Below, in pieces: positions 18,318 through 28,541 of a stretch of DNA of 64,000 bases. Source of the DNA: a virus. Its lineage: Duplodnaviria; Caudoviricetes. Within the stretch, counting starts at the first letter, position 1. Each line of letters starts with the position of its first letter. The stretch spans positions 1 through 64,000 of the IMG/VR virus record IMGVR_UViG_3300037714_000131. The stretch is one strand, 5' to 3'. The notes under the pieces were generated by a model. The model was not told the DNA's origin. It saw only the letters and a list, made by a program, of their open reading frames with translations, and made no database searches. The position numbers and the translations under genes are program-made.

Positions 18318-18802
18318 GCTGTTTGCTCCGTCACCTTCTCGCCTACAGGAGGGCCAAATCTCTTATCTGGCGGGATCGTAAGGACCACGCCCAACTCTGC
18401 ATACTGGCGGTAAATCTGCTCCAGGTACTCGGTCTTCTGCTTCGTTGTCATGATCCGGGTCACCGGCAAATCCAAAGGGACCATCATGCATGCGAGCTTC
18501 TGCTCATACGTCAGCGGACGGATGATCGTGTCGTACAGCCTGCGGAAATCGTCGTTCTGCGCTCGCAGGATCGGCACGCCTATGGTAAGCTTGCATTCGC
18601 CGCGAGCTTCTTCCGCGGTGCGGTCGCCGAGCTGCTCAGCAATCTCGTTGATCCACAAGCGCTGCAATTTGTTCTGCTCGATAGACCGGATGCCGCCGCG
18701 CTCCACCTTCGCCACGAACGGGAGCTTCTGGCTCATGATCAGCTTGATGAGGATCTTGCGGTCCTGTTCGTCGCGAATTATTCGGGTTGTCATACCTTCC
18801 AC
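18314..18802 (-). CDS. NinB/Orf-like recombination mediator
   Basis: RSIEQNKLQRLWINEIAEQ; TRIMTTKQKTEYLEQI. Confidence 0.65.
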   Translation of the reverse strand: MEGMTTRIIRDEQDRKILIKLIMSQKLPFVAKVERGGIRSIEQNKLQRLWINEIAEQLGDRTAEEARGECKLTIGVPILRAQNDDFRRLYDTIIRPLTYEQKLACMMVPLDLPVTRIMTTKQKTEYLEQIYRQYAELGVVLTIPPDKRFGPPVGEKVTEQTA

Positions 18803-19041
18803 CCATTTGCTTTCGCGGCGAGCCTGTGCCAGATTTCACCTTCGCTCTTTGACATCTTCATCCCGCTGATAAATTTCTCGACGAACTGGACAGACGGCTT
18901 GCGATTTCCCAATTCCATGTCCGAGACGTATACGGCTGAATAACCGATCGCCGCGCCGAACTTGCTTTGCGTCATGCCGACATCCTTGCGGTAGCCTTTG
19001 AGCATGTCGCGAAATGTCAGCCAGTCCTGCCGGTCGCTCAT
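18790..19041 (-). CDS. XRE-family HTH protein
   Basis: MTQSKFGAAIGYSAVYVSDMELGNRKPS. Confidence 0.8.
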   Translation of the reverse strand: MSDRQDWLTFRDMLKGYRKDVGMTQSKFGAAIGYSAVYVSDMELGNRKPSVQFVEKFISGMKMSKSEGEIWHRLAAKANGWKV

Positions 19042-19051
19042 CTTCTGTCCT

Positions 19052-19273
19052 CTACCTATGCCCGTATGCGCCGTATCTATTCCGGCGCGTTTCCCAGGCC
19101 CGAAGACGGATCGCCCGCACTTCCTCGGCTGGTTTCGGAGCGGCCTTCTTTCGCGGTGCCATGCCCTTCAAATACGGACCATCATCAATGCCCGTGAGGT
19201 CGGGCTTATGGTCGTGTTCCCAAGTGAGCGGCGCGGCGCAGATCTGGCAGAATTCAGGATCGTCCATCCCCAT
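19052..19273 (-). CDS. Hypothetical protein
   Basis: ORF with basic C-terminus. Confidence 0.45.
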   Translation of the reverse strand: MGMDDPEFCQICAAPLTWEHDHKPDLTGIDDGPYLKGMAPRKKAAPKPAEEVRAIRLRAWETRRNRYGAYGHR

Positions 19274-19276
19274 CCC

Positions 19277-19933
19277 CTATGCGCTTGCAGCTGCTTTAAG
19301 ATCTGAGACCGGGGCCTCCATGCCGCCGTAAGAGCGGATGCGATCGACAACAGCTTCAATTTCCTCATTGAATTGCGCCACCGCCTGAGAAAGTTTGGTG
19401 ATAAACTTTTCGTCTCTGGCCGTGCGCTTAATGAACGGCGGCAAGCCTGGCCAATAAATCATGAGATCGTTGTACTCGCGCTCGGCAATCCATAATTGCC
19501 CCTGAACTTGGGCTCTGTGCCCGGGCGGAAACCTGTCATTCAAAATGTGATCTATGAGAATGTGCGGCAGCGCGGTTTTGATCTCCAAAAGGCCGCGATC
19601 ATTGATGAGTGAATCCGGGCTGCATCCTTTTTGTCCGTTGCGAATAAAGCCAATCTGGACAGGTTCCACGTCATGCATGAAGGCGAACAGGTTGCGCGCT
19701 TCCGGCTCTAAAGCCTTCCCGCGCTCCATGTGCCAGTTCGAGTATGTCTCGGCGGGTTCACCAGTGATCCGCTCGCCCGCAAGACGAAGCATGTAAGTGC
19801 GGCGCGTCTTGCTCTCTCCGGCGTCTTGTCCGCTGGCGAGAACAGTCTTGAACATGCTCGCGGTCGGGATTGCAGCGCGCACGCGGAACCACTGCTCAGT
19901 CCCCTGTTCAATGTCTTCGAACACTTCCATCAT
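19277..19933 (-). CDS. YqaJ / lambda-exonuclease-family nuclease
   Basis: QGTEQWFRVR; GCSPDSL; LEIK; QVQGQLW. Confidence 0.9.
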   Translation of the reverse strand: MMEVFEDIEQGTEQWFRVRAAIPTASMFKTVLASGQDAGESKTRRTYMLRLAGERITGEPAETYSNWHMERGKALEPEARNLFAFMHDVEPVQIGFIRNGQKGCSPDSLINDRGLLEIKTALPHILIDHILNDRFPPGHRAQVQGQLWIAEREYNDLMIYWPGLPPFIKRTARDEKFITKLSQAVAQFNEEIEAVVDRIRSYGGMEAPVSDLKAAASA

Positions 19934-20520
19934 ACGGCAATCTCCAACGCCTTCAGGTGGAGGTACACCCGCAAGCACGCCGTCAGATCGACCATCGCAT
20001 CGTGTGCGCCTTCAAGCTTCTCACCGAAAAAGTGCTCAATGCATTCTTCGAGCTTCGGAGCTTTCGGCTTGTTGAAGCCAGCGGCAAGCATGCGGTCTGT
20101 GGGCGGCATATTGATAACGGGAGTGGCCGTTTCCATCGTGCAGAAGCAAGGCTTCGTGATGCGCATTTCCTTGCCCTGCTGGCGCGTCATGGCCACTTCC
20201 ATCACCATCTTGTCGAAGCGGATGTTATGGGCGATGATCAGGTCCGCGCGCTGATGGAAATGGGCGAAATGCGCGAGTGCTGAAGTCGGAGATACGCCGA
20301 ACTGAACAGCCCTCTCTGCCGTGATGCCGTGTACAGCTGCCGCCTTCTCCGGGATCTCGACGCCGTTGTCGATGATCAGCGAAAACCCGGCGATCGGCTT
20401 GCCGTCATCCTCGCAGAGTTGGGCTGCGAGCTGGACGATATAGGGCTGGTCCGGATGATCCAGCGGAAGGTTCGGTTTGGTAAACCCGCTCGTCTCGGTA
20501 TCTATGGCTAAGATTGTCAT
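19930..20520 (-). CDS. DnaQ-like 3'-5' exonuclease
   Basis: DTETSG, AHNIRFD, AHDAMVD (DEDDh). Confidence 0.9.
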   Translation of the reverse strand: MTILAIDTETSGFTKPNLPLDHPDQPYIVQLAAQLCEDDGKPIAGFSLIIDNGVEIPEKAAAVHGITAERAVQFGVSPTSALAHFAHFHQRADLIIAHNIRFDKMVMEVAMTRQQGKEMRITKPCFCTMETATPVINMPPTDRMLAAGFNKPKAPKLEECIEHFFGEKLEGAHDAMVDLTACLRVYLHLKALEIAV

Positions 20521-21584
20521 CAGAATTTCATCTCGATATGAGGGATATTGCCCGCGATAATGGCGGCGACGATGGTCTCTGCATGATCCTGGGGGATGCC
20601 TCGCTGGCAGATCGCGGTGATGGCTTCCTTGGTGAGCTTGGCGCGGTGCTTCTTGTTGGCTTCGCGTTTCGCCTGCTCGGCAGCGGCGCGCTCCTCCTCC
20701 GCCTTGCGCTCGGCTTCCTTGCGTTCCTGCTCGCGGATCAAAGCCTGTTTTTCGGCTTCGGCTTTCGCAATAGCGGCTTGCTTCTCGCGTTCGGCCTTGG
20801 CGATGGCTTCCTCAGCCAGGCGCTTTTCATCGGCGCGCGCCCGTTCGGCAGCCTCTTCCTCGCGGCGCTTGGCTTCTTCGGCGGCGCGGTCTGCCGCTTC
20901 CTTGGCGATGCGATCCAGCTCGGCTTTCTCCGCCGCTTCGCGCTCAGCCTTGATGCGGGCTTCGTTCTCGGCGCGGAGACGTTCGAGTTCGCGGGCGTCA
21001 GCTTCTGCCTTCTCAGCGGCAGCTAGCGCTTGCGTCAGATTTTCGTACGCAACGGCGAGCGCTGACTCGCCTTCTGCGGTGCGTTCCAACAGAACCGTTC
21101 CATCAAGCGTCATTTCGGCGAGACGGTTGAGCCTCAGCTTGATTGCGTCGCTATTCGCGCCGTGTTCGAGCGTCTTGTAATCGCGGATGCGATGGAAGAA
21201 TTCGGCCACGGCGTCTGTGCGCCGTTCCTCCGCTTCTTCCCACTCCGTAACCGGCCAGCGCGCTTCGGCGGCAAGCTCTTCCAGTTCTTCCCGAACTCTC
21301 TTGCGTTGCGCATTCACCTGATTGGTCAGCTTCCGCCATTCTTCGGTTCGGCTCTTGCCTGCATCGTCGATGGCTGTCTTCGACCGCGTGATCTGATAGG
21401 CTAGGGATTTGATTTTCTTCCGGCCTGTTTCGGTCGATACATCCGGCTCCGACGCTGCAATCTTAGCCTTGATGGAAGCGTAGAATTGCTCGTATGTTTT
21501 TACGTCCGTCAGAACCATGACGGGATTGGTTTCGACGAGTGCCGAAATGTCAGTGGTCTGCTCTTTCACGGCTGCTTCAGCCAT
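20520..21584 (-). CDS. Coiled-coil protein of the recombination module
   Basis: Ala/Glu/Arg-rich helix; C-terminal IAGNIPHIEMKF. Confidence 0.7.
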   Translation of the reverse strand: MAEAAVKEQTTDISALVETNPVMVLTDVKTYEQFYASIKAKIAASEPDVSTETGRKKIKSLAYQITRSKTAIDDAGKSRTEEWRKLTNQVNAQRKRVREELEELAAEARWPVTEWEEAEERRTDAVAEFFHRIRDYKTLEHGANSDAIKLRLNRLAEMTLDGTVLLERTAEGESALAVAYENLTQALAAAEKAEADARELERLRAENEARIKAEREAAEKAELDRIAKEAADRAAEEAKRREEEAAERARADEKRLAEEAIAKAEREKQAAIAKAEAEKQALIREQERKEAERKAEEERAAAEQAKREANKKHRAKLTKEAITAICQRGIPQDHAETIVAAIIAGNIPHIEMKF

Positions 21585-22326
21585 TTTTCAATTTCCTCTT
21601 GGCTGCGAAAATGTTCATCGCTTCTTGGAAACGGCGTGCCGGAAGTTCCTTCACGTCGCTGATGCCGAAATGCTTTTTGAACTGTTCGAGGTCCGATGCG
21701 GTGTCATCCAGAAGATCGTTGATCGTCTTCACCTGCACGTCGTTGATCGGCGCAACGCCGGCAGAATTGCCGTCGTCGTCCTTGTTGCCTTCCTTGGTGG
21801 CAATCCCGGTCACGGCTTCGAACGTCGCCAGCTTCATATAGGTCGTAGCGGACTTGATTTGCTGGATCGGATTTTTGTTTCCCGACTTGTCTGGCGCTGA
21901 CTTCATCTCCACGCTTACGCTGTGCCCCGCTGGATGTGTTAGCGTGCAGATTACGATTATGATGCCGTCAGCGTTTTCCGGCTGCTTGATGTCCCAGCTC
22001 GCGTCCAGATCGTATTGTCCGAGAACTGCATTGATCGTGTTGACGACGTTGCCGATCGTGGCGTACGCTGAATTGTACTGCTTGTTTTCGGCGTCCTTAA
22101 CCACCGTCGGTGCGTTGGCTTTGAACTTCGCCTTGGCCTCGAAGAATGCCTTGCGAGCCTGGGCTTTTTCCCAGCGCTCGTGGAGATCCATGAGTTTCTC
22201 CATCTTGTCGACGGCATCCCCGCGCTCAAGGGCGGCGTTCAGCATGTCGAGCGGGGTTACGGCCCGCTGCTGTGCTGTCACCTCCCGGCGTTCCTCTACC
22301 GTCTGTAGCTGCTGTGCGGTACTCAT
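21577..22326 (-). CDS. erf: ERF-family single-strand annealing protein
   Basis: LTHPAGH; NPIQQIKSATTYMKLA; DDDGN. Confidence 0.85.
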   Translation of the reverse strand: MSTAQQLQTVEERREVTAQQRAVTPLDMLNAALERGDAVDKMEKLMDLHERWEKAQARKAFFEAKAKFKANAPTVVKDAENKQYNSAYATIGNVVNTINAVLGQYDLDASWDIKQPENADGIIIVICTLTHPAGHSVSVEMKSAPDKSGNKNPIQQIKSATTYMKLATFEAVTGIATKEGNKDDDGNSAGVAPINDVQVKTINDLLDDTASDLEQFKKHFGISDVKELPARRFQEAMNIFAAKRKLKNG

Positions 22327-25115
22327 GACTGCTTCCTCTCTTTGATCAGTTCCCGAAGCTCCTTAAGCTCCTCCGGCGTCATGTGAAGGATCTCCATCAG
22401 GAAATCGTCACGGCCTTCAGCGTCTTCCGCGCGCTTCTCTGCTATGCGGAGACGGGCTTCAAGATCGGTGATCTTGGCGTCCTTGGCGTCGAGGGCGGAA
22501 ACGATCAGATCATGTGTGTTTGAGACCGTTTCGCCTGTGCGAATCCATTCAAGGAGCCGTTTGTTATTGTCGGTCATGCTCCGCTCCCTTCGAGCTTGGC
22601 GAGTGCCTTGGAAAGAGCTTCGACCTTCCAAGTTTCGACCGGAACCCAGTCGTCTGATAGATGGCGGTCGAGCACTTCGACGATCTCGGTCGCAGGCTTC
22701 AGCGCTTCCCGCAGTTCTGCTATCTCTGCGGATAGGGATTCGAGAGCGTCGGCGGCATCCAAGTGCAGAGCAGGCGCGGCATCACGGCGTAGCCGCTCTA
22801 TGAGCTGTTGGTTGTCAGTCATTGGAGGCTCCTTCGAGCTTGGCGCGGGCGTAACGGAAGTCACTCGGCCCGAACCACGTCGAGATCGGCTCCCGGTGAA
22901 TATTCGATGTCCAGCCGTTGTCATCGACGTTGACGCCAAAATCTGAGAAAGGCCTCAGCGCTTCCCGTAGCAGCTCTATCTCTGCTGCAAGCCGGTTATT
23001 CTCGCGCGCCAGATCGTTTACGAGGTATGATGTCCCCATATGCATGCCGAGAGGCTGGCCGGGTAATGCCATCTGGTTGAACAGGTTGACGCGCTCTTCC
23101 AAGCTTCCCTTGTCGTTGGTGAATGCATTGGTCATTGGACGATCCCCCGCTTAGTGTTCTGATGGGTGATATCGCTATCGACGCCCCAGCAAATCCCATC
23201 ACCTGATTCATACGGATAGGCGTAGACGGAAATTCTCAGCTCTTCATGCTCACGGGCGCAGCGCTTGCCACGCTGGCGGCATTCCTCTATCACTTCGTTC
23301 ACAGCGTCCTGTACGCTCTCGCAAAGGTCTTCGAGGCGGTCGCCGGCGGCCAACCGAGCATCCCGTTCTTCCCTGCTTATCAAGCCTTGTCGGTTAGCCG
23401 TGTAGAGGTTGATGCGGTCAAGGGGGGTCATGTGCGCTCCGTGAATTCGACTGATTCAGATTCATCAACCCCATGAAGGTCCACGGCCTTTCCCTGCTCG
23501 GTAACTCTGAGCCGTTTCTTGTTGTATTTCTCAGCAAGGCCAGCTTTAATGAGGGCGTTCCAAGTCGATCGCATAACGCCTGCGCGTTCGCCTGCTGCGG
23601 TCAGCACGCCGTTTTTATCGAACAGGCCGTCGCCAGAATGATTGATCAGCCACTTCAGCGCGCTTTTCTGAGATCCCGTTAAAGTCATCCCGCCACCCTT
23701 TCCCGGTTCTCGCGGTTCATCCTCTCCGCCCGTTCCCAGGCACCGGCTTCTGCTCTGTAAAGATCGTCGATTTGCTCGTCTGTGAGCCAATCAGCTCCGC
23801 GTTCTGACAGCATCAAGAGGACGCTCTTGCGGAGAGCGGTGAAGCCAGCTTCGGCGATGAAGGCGAGCTTGCGCTCGCGCTCTGTGATCATATCCGTGCC
23901 CCTGCATCGACATGCGTTGACCCGACATCACCGCCAGCAGGACGCCGACAATCGTCAGCAACGCCACCTTGTTCTTCCGCCCATTCAAGCCAGTCGTGAT
24001 CCTTGATCAGGATGAGAGCGGCTTCGTCGTGACGATCTCCGGTGAGACGTTCCTTGAAATCGACATGTTCGGAGCCGACATAAATGGCGGTGATCTCGAA
24101 ATCTCCCGGCATCATTCCCGGCGCGACATCTGCCGTCAGATCACATGGGAACATTCCGCCCTTGTCGCTGATCGTGTAGCCGGTGCCGTCTAAACTGATG
24201 TAGGCTTCTACGGATGGGGTGGTCATTGCTCGCGCTCCACATCAACGAGTTCGAAGTCGTTGCTCACGATGGTTTCGATGGGATGCCGGTCGTTGCCGTA
24301 TTTGTTGAACGGGCCGAGGCCGAGACCTTGGATTGCCGACTTGAGAACGCCCCGAGCCATTTCCTTATTTGTCGGTCCAGAGACATGGACACGGCGGCGA
24401 ACGGTCACGATGACATCGAATTCGTAGGTCGGGGGTTTGCTCATTGCTCGCCTCGTGCTTTGGCCAGTGCTGCTTCGACTTTGGCGAGAGTTGCAAATTC
24501 TGGGTCACCCTTTCGGGAGCCGACAACCTCGATTGCGTTCGAGATCGCCTTCCGCGCGTCTTCGAGCGCCTCGTACATGTCCCAGCTCGCAGCAAAAAGC
24601 TGTGCCGTGGCTTCCAGTTCTTCAGGGGGAGCGCCGCGATCCTTGCCAACGCCACTGACATGAGCCTGAAAGCGGTTCACAAAAAACGGGCTGCCGTCCT
24701 CGTGATAATCATCCCGATGCTCAAGCTTATAAATCGTCGTGCGTTCGCGAATGTACGGTCCCGGCGTTGCCTTAAGCTTGCTCATCATCTTCCTCGCTCT
24801 GATGGCACTTGCACTCACAAGGCCCGCCATCCATCTCGATGGCAGCAATATCCTGCTCGTCTATGCCGTAGCGGTGTGCATGGCATTCGTAGGCGTCAGG
24901 GGAGACGCAGGCGCAGCGGTCGGTCATTGGTCGCCTCGCTGAATTAGAGAGATCTCATGCTGCTCGGCACCGATCCGCAGAAGTTCTCCAGAGCGGTTCC
25001 GCAGCCACTCGGCGCGGGTTACGGCCTTGATGCCATCGGGGCTGACCATCTCTTTGTACTGAGCTTCGGCGATTGCACGAGCTTCAGAGACGGTGACGGG
25101 GGTGCGGTCGGTCAT
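22323..25115 (-). CDS. Run of small coupled hypothetical early genes (22323-22577, 22574-22822, 22815-23135, 23132-23431, 23428-23688, 23685-23891, 23888-24226, 24223-24444, 24441-24788, 24924-25115)
   Basis: ATGA/TGATG overlaps and RBSs; no family recognised. Confidence 0.55.
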
Positions 25116-25498
25116 GTCTCTGCCATCGCCAGTTTGAGCGCTGCATCAATCTTCGCCCGTGCCATAGGCGGCATCGTATTCAGTCCATCACGCTTGCAAT
25201 CTTCGTCAGCGTCGCGCACCATTTCGAGAGCTTCCACGAGAGGCGTAAGCGGGGCAATCACAGCAATTGGATTGCGGAGGTTCCACGCTGAAACCATGTC
25301 CTCTACATGCTCGTAATGGGTGCCTGTCGATGCCTTGCACTGCGTGCAGTTGATCCAGAACCCTTCACATTCAGGGTGGGGATCTTCGTTGAAGACTGCT
25401 TCACCGCCGCAGAATGGACACGGCTTGATGCTACAGGTGGCCCGCTGATACTCTTCCTCTGTCGGAAGATCGGGTCCGTCTTCGTATTGGCTGATCAT
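25112..25498 (-). CDS. Lar-family restriction-alleviation zinc-finger protein
   Basis: KPCPFCGGEA...INCTQC...AWN. Confidence 0.7.
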   Translation of the reverse strand: MISQYEDGPDLPTEEEYQRATCSIKPCPFCGGEAVFNEDPHPECEGFWINCTQCKASTGTHYEHVEDMVSAWNLRNPIAVIAPLTPLVEALEMVRDADEDCKRDGLNTMPPMARAKIDAALKLAMAET

Positions 25499-25499
25499 G

Positions 25500-25931
25500 T
25501 CAAGCCGCTCCATCTGTCTTGAAAGGGACAACGACGGCGGACCCATTTACCCCGCTAGGCGAGTCCGCCGCCGCGCCGCGCGCCCTCTTGGCCACAAGAG
25601 GGATAGCGCCCCGCTGCAGAAGGTGTTCGGCATATAAAGTGTTATATTCTTTGATAAGCCGCTCGCGGGCGCATTCCGATGCCTTGTATCCATCAGCAAG
25701 TACATGCACGCGCTTGTGCATCTCGCACCAGTTGCGATAGCCTGTATGCAGATCCCTGCGCATCCGGTTCAGGACGTGAACGATGTAGGCTACCGCCAGC
25801 GTTGACCATCCGGTGACGGCAATGATGCCGTCCCACTGCATGGGAAATACCGCTGAAACGAACATGAGTGGCAGGATCGAGACGCCCGCGCAGATAGAGG
25901 GGATGTAACCACGGGCCAGTCGTTTATTCAT
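25500..25931 (-). CDS. Membrane protein
   Basis: Two N-terminal TM segments. Confidence 0.5.
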   Translation of the reverse strand: MNKRLARGYIPSICAGVSILPLMFVSAVFPMQWDGIIAVTGWSTLAVAYIVHVLNRMRRDLHTGYRNWCEMHKRVHVLADGYKASECARERLIKEYNTLYAEHLLQRGAIPLVAKRARGAAADSPSGVNGSAVVVPFKTDGAA

Positions 25932-26042
25932 TGAGTGTTCTTCTGACTGGCCCGCATACTGCTCCTGAGAGGAGTCTGGGGAGGAGATAAGACTTTCAAC
26001 TCTCGGTGCAGAAATCATTTAATCAATCCTCTGTTTAAAACT

Positions 26043-26151
26043 TGGTGAGCGGAGAAGGCTTCGAACCTTCAGATTATTCATGAGCCTCATCGGTCTATGC
26101 TTCTGGCCAACCGCCTATTGCTTTCCGGGCTATCCCCCTGCGGGGCCGCTC
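26043..26151 (-). ncRNA. tRNA-like RNA (109 nt) with canonical T arm and CCA end but non-canonical core
   Basis: GAGCGG/CCGCTC acceptor, GAAGG-TTCGAAG-CCTTC T arm, ACCA end; no properly paired anticodon arm. Confidence 0.45.
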
Positions 26152-26207
26152 ATAACTTCTATGCAGTTGCTCTCTTCCATTACTGAGGGAGGAGGCAGAG
26201 AGTTCGG

Positions 26208-27074
26208 TTATTCCGATGCAGGTTCCGTTTCAGCGCTTTCATCAACCCACGGAGCAGGCAGCAAGCGGCTATCAAAAAACTGAATGAATTCCTTCGCCCG
26301 CGCCCGATACAGCGGCGGGATTTCTTCAATCGTCCTGACGTTGAAAGCGTGCGCCATCGGGCAGTTGGTCCAATCGTGGCAGTCCCAAGCGCCTGACTGT
26401 TTGATGTCATCCAGCGTCTTGCCGCCAGCGGTCAGCAGTGCGGGAACAACTTCGCGCTTGTACTGGCTGAACTTCAGGCCGTCTGGCATGGTGAAATCGG
26501 GAATGTCTTTGGCACCCGAGAGGTAGGCACCCGAGAGGTCGGCACCCGAGAGGTTGGCACCCGAGAGGTTGGCACCCGCGAGGTCGGCACCCGCGAGGTC
26601 GGCACGCGCGAGGTAGGCACCCGAGAGGTAGGCACGCGCGAGGTTGGCACCCGAGAGGTCGGCACCCGCGAGGTCGGCACCCGCGAGGTCGGCACGCGCG
26701 AGGTCGGCACCCGCGAGGTAGGCACGCGCGAGGTTGGCACCCGAGAGGTCGGCACCCGAGAGGTTGGCACCCGAGAGGTCGGCACCCGAGAGGTCGGCAC
26801 CCGCGAGGTCGGCACCCGCGAGGTCGGCACGCGCGAGGTAGGCACCCGCGAGGTCGGCACCCGAGAGGTCGGCACGCGCGAGGTCGGCACCCGCGAGGTA
26901 GGCACGCGAGAGGTCGGCACCCGAGAGGTTGGCACCCGAGAGGTCGGCACCCGCTTCAACAGCCTTCTTCACTGCTAAGCCTAATTTGATGCTGATCGGC
27001 GTATCTTCGGTGGCTTCGATTTCAGCCGTGAAGATCACTGAGCCGGTAAATCGATTTGTGATTTTGAATTCCAC
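26208..27074 (-). CDS. Pentapeptide-repeat protein
   Basis: About 29 A(D/N/Y)L(S/A)(G/R) repeats; GTG start at 27074 inferred. Confidence 0.9.
   Translation of the reverse strand: MEFKITNRFTGSVIFTAEIEATEDTPISIKLGLAVKKAVEAGADLSGANLSGADLSRAYLAGADLARADLSGADLAGAYLARADLAGADLAGADLSGADLSGANLSGADLSGANLARAYLAGADLARADLAGADLAGADLSGANLARAYLSGAYLARADLAGADLAGANLSGANLSGADLSGAYLSGAKDIPDFTMPDGLKFSQYKREVVPALLTAGGKTLDDIKQSGAWDCHDWTNCPMAHAFNVRTIEEIPPLYRARAKEFIQFFDSRLLPAPWVDESAETEPASE
26511..26952. repeat. 15-bp tandem repeat (about 29 units) encoding the pentapeptide repeats
   Basis: Units such as GGCACCCGAGAGGTC vary at three positions only. Confidence 0.95.
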
Positions 27075-27177
27075 GGCGTTTGACCCTTCTTGCTCTTTGA
27101 ACCCGGACCAAGCTTCAGGGGCGAGGTCCGGGGTTTGGTAGAGTTCGGAGGCGACCGGGGGGAAGCCGTCCGATGAA

Positions 27178-27234
27178 TTGGAATTTAATTCCATTCAAAG
27201 GGCGCGTCAAGTGGGAATTGGAATTTTAATCCAA
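27178..27234 (-). promoter_or_regulatory. PL promoter (TTGACG-N17-TAAATT) with two 17-bp operators
   Basis: TTGGAATTTAATTCCAT (27178-27194) and TTGGAATTTTAATCCAA (27218-27234). Confidence 0.75.
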
Positions 27235-27268
27235 TTTATTCACAGAGGCTGATTCGGTGATATTTCCG

Positions 27269-27928
27269 CTACAGGTTCTTGATGACCGCCATACAGCGAC
27301 AGATGATCCGTCCGGGGTGGTCGGTGTCGATCAGGTCAATGGGGTAGTCGGCATTCAGGGGGCGAAGCTCTATCCTTGGCGTGCCGTTGCCAGCGGCCTT
27401 CGCAAGGCGATACTTCCTGAATACGGCTTTCTCGCTGCCATTTGCGAGGGCAAGGACGTAATCGCCTGGTTCTATTGTGGCTTCCGGGTCACAAAGCAAG
27501 GTGTCGCCAACCGAGAATTGCGGCAGCATACTGTTGTCATCAACATCGACGGTAAAGCAGGACGCGCCATGCGCCCGATCGATTGGTGTGCTCATGTCCC
27601 CAGACCAGATGCTTAGAATATCGTGTCCCGCTTTATAATTAGAGAGATCTTTCAGTGTGACTTTCGGGACGCGCAAGCTTTCTTCTACATTGGGCAGTTT
27701 GTCATAATTGAATAACTTATCTGCGCTATCAACCCCAAAGATCAGGAATTGCTCTGACACATCAAGAGCTTCAGCAATTTTACTTATAGTGCTCCCGCGC
27801 GGCTGATCCACCGCGCCGCGTGCGTATTTCGTGATCTGGTGATAGGGGACGCCAGAGCGCTCGGCGAGCACTGTCTGTGACCATCCCCTCTCATTCATCA
27901 ATTTTACCATGCGTTCATGCCATCTCAT
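27269..27928 (-). CDS. cI: CI-like repressor (XRE HTH plus S24 peptidase)
   Basis: SQTVLAERSGV; DNSMLPQFSVGD; AVFRKY; LRPLNADYP. Confidence 0.9.
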   Translation of the reverse strand: MRWHERMVKLMNERGWSQTVLAERSGVPYHQITKYARGAVDQPRGSTISKIAEALDVSEQFLIFGVDSADKLFNYDKLPNVEESLRVPKVTLKDLSNYKAGHDILSIWSGDMSTPIDRAHGASCFTVDVDDNSMLPQFSVGDTLLCDPEATIEPGDYVLALANGSEKAVFRKYRLAKAAGNGTPRIELRPLNADYPIDLIDTDHPGRIICRCMAVIKNL

Positions 27929-27976
27929 GATTTCCACAATAATGGAGATCACAGGCAGGGCACTGGAAAAAAACGC

Positions 27977-28006
27977 TTGATCTTTGGAATTATAGTCCAA
28001 TATAAT
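27977..28006 (+). promoter_or_regulatory. PR promoter (TTGATC-N18-TATAAT) overlapping operator TTGGAATTATAGTCCAA
   Basis: Third copy of the 17-bp operator at 27984-28000. Confidence 0.8.
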
Positions 28007-28014
28007 GCCATGAA

Positions 28015-28260
28015 ATGTCAAATCACATTCTCACATGCCAGCAGATTGTCCAGCGTTGCGGCGGACCCGTAGAGCTTTCGAAGAAGGTCGGGCGGACGCA
28101 TTGGGCCATCTACAAGTGGAACAAGAACGGCATACCGGATGAGTACTGGGATCTGATCATGACGCTGGCGAAGGTCTCCGTCGATCAGATCTACAACGCC
28201 AATTTGCGGGCGCGCGGCGCGGAAGGCTCCATTCGCGAGCATGAAGGTGCCGCCGCCTAG
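28015..28260 (+). CDS. cro: Cro-like protein
   Basis: Divergent from cI; GGPVELSKKVG...AIYKWNKNGIP. Confidence 0.8.
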   Translation: MSNHILTCQQIVQRCGGPVELSKKVGRTHWAIYKWNKNGIPDEYWDLIMTLAKVSVDQIYNANLRARGAEGSIREHEGAAA

Positions 28261-28541
28261 TTCCCGAGTTTACCGACCGCCCCTCCTTTCGGCGGGCGAC
28301 AGTATAGAGGGCGTCCGAAATACCCAATGCGTGAGTCAAAGGCGGTGGGCTGGTCGGCCTGCAATGCAGGCATTATTTGAAGCCGCCAAATTGGGTAGTC
28401 CCTCGTGTGTTTCGTAAGCGTTGCGTTCGGCATGTTACGCGTCGCCGCGAGTAAGGATTAGCGAATAGGCAAATCCCTCTAGTTGCCCAGGTCCGCAGGT
28501 AGCCCCCCATCGCCTGCGGACCACCCACACGGAACGAGACG

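Noticed and set aside
26474-26959. ORF of VPTSR repeats, and the 15-bp repeat as a CRISPR array
   Set aside because: It is an alternate frame of the pentapeptide repeat; the units are contiguous with no spacers
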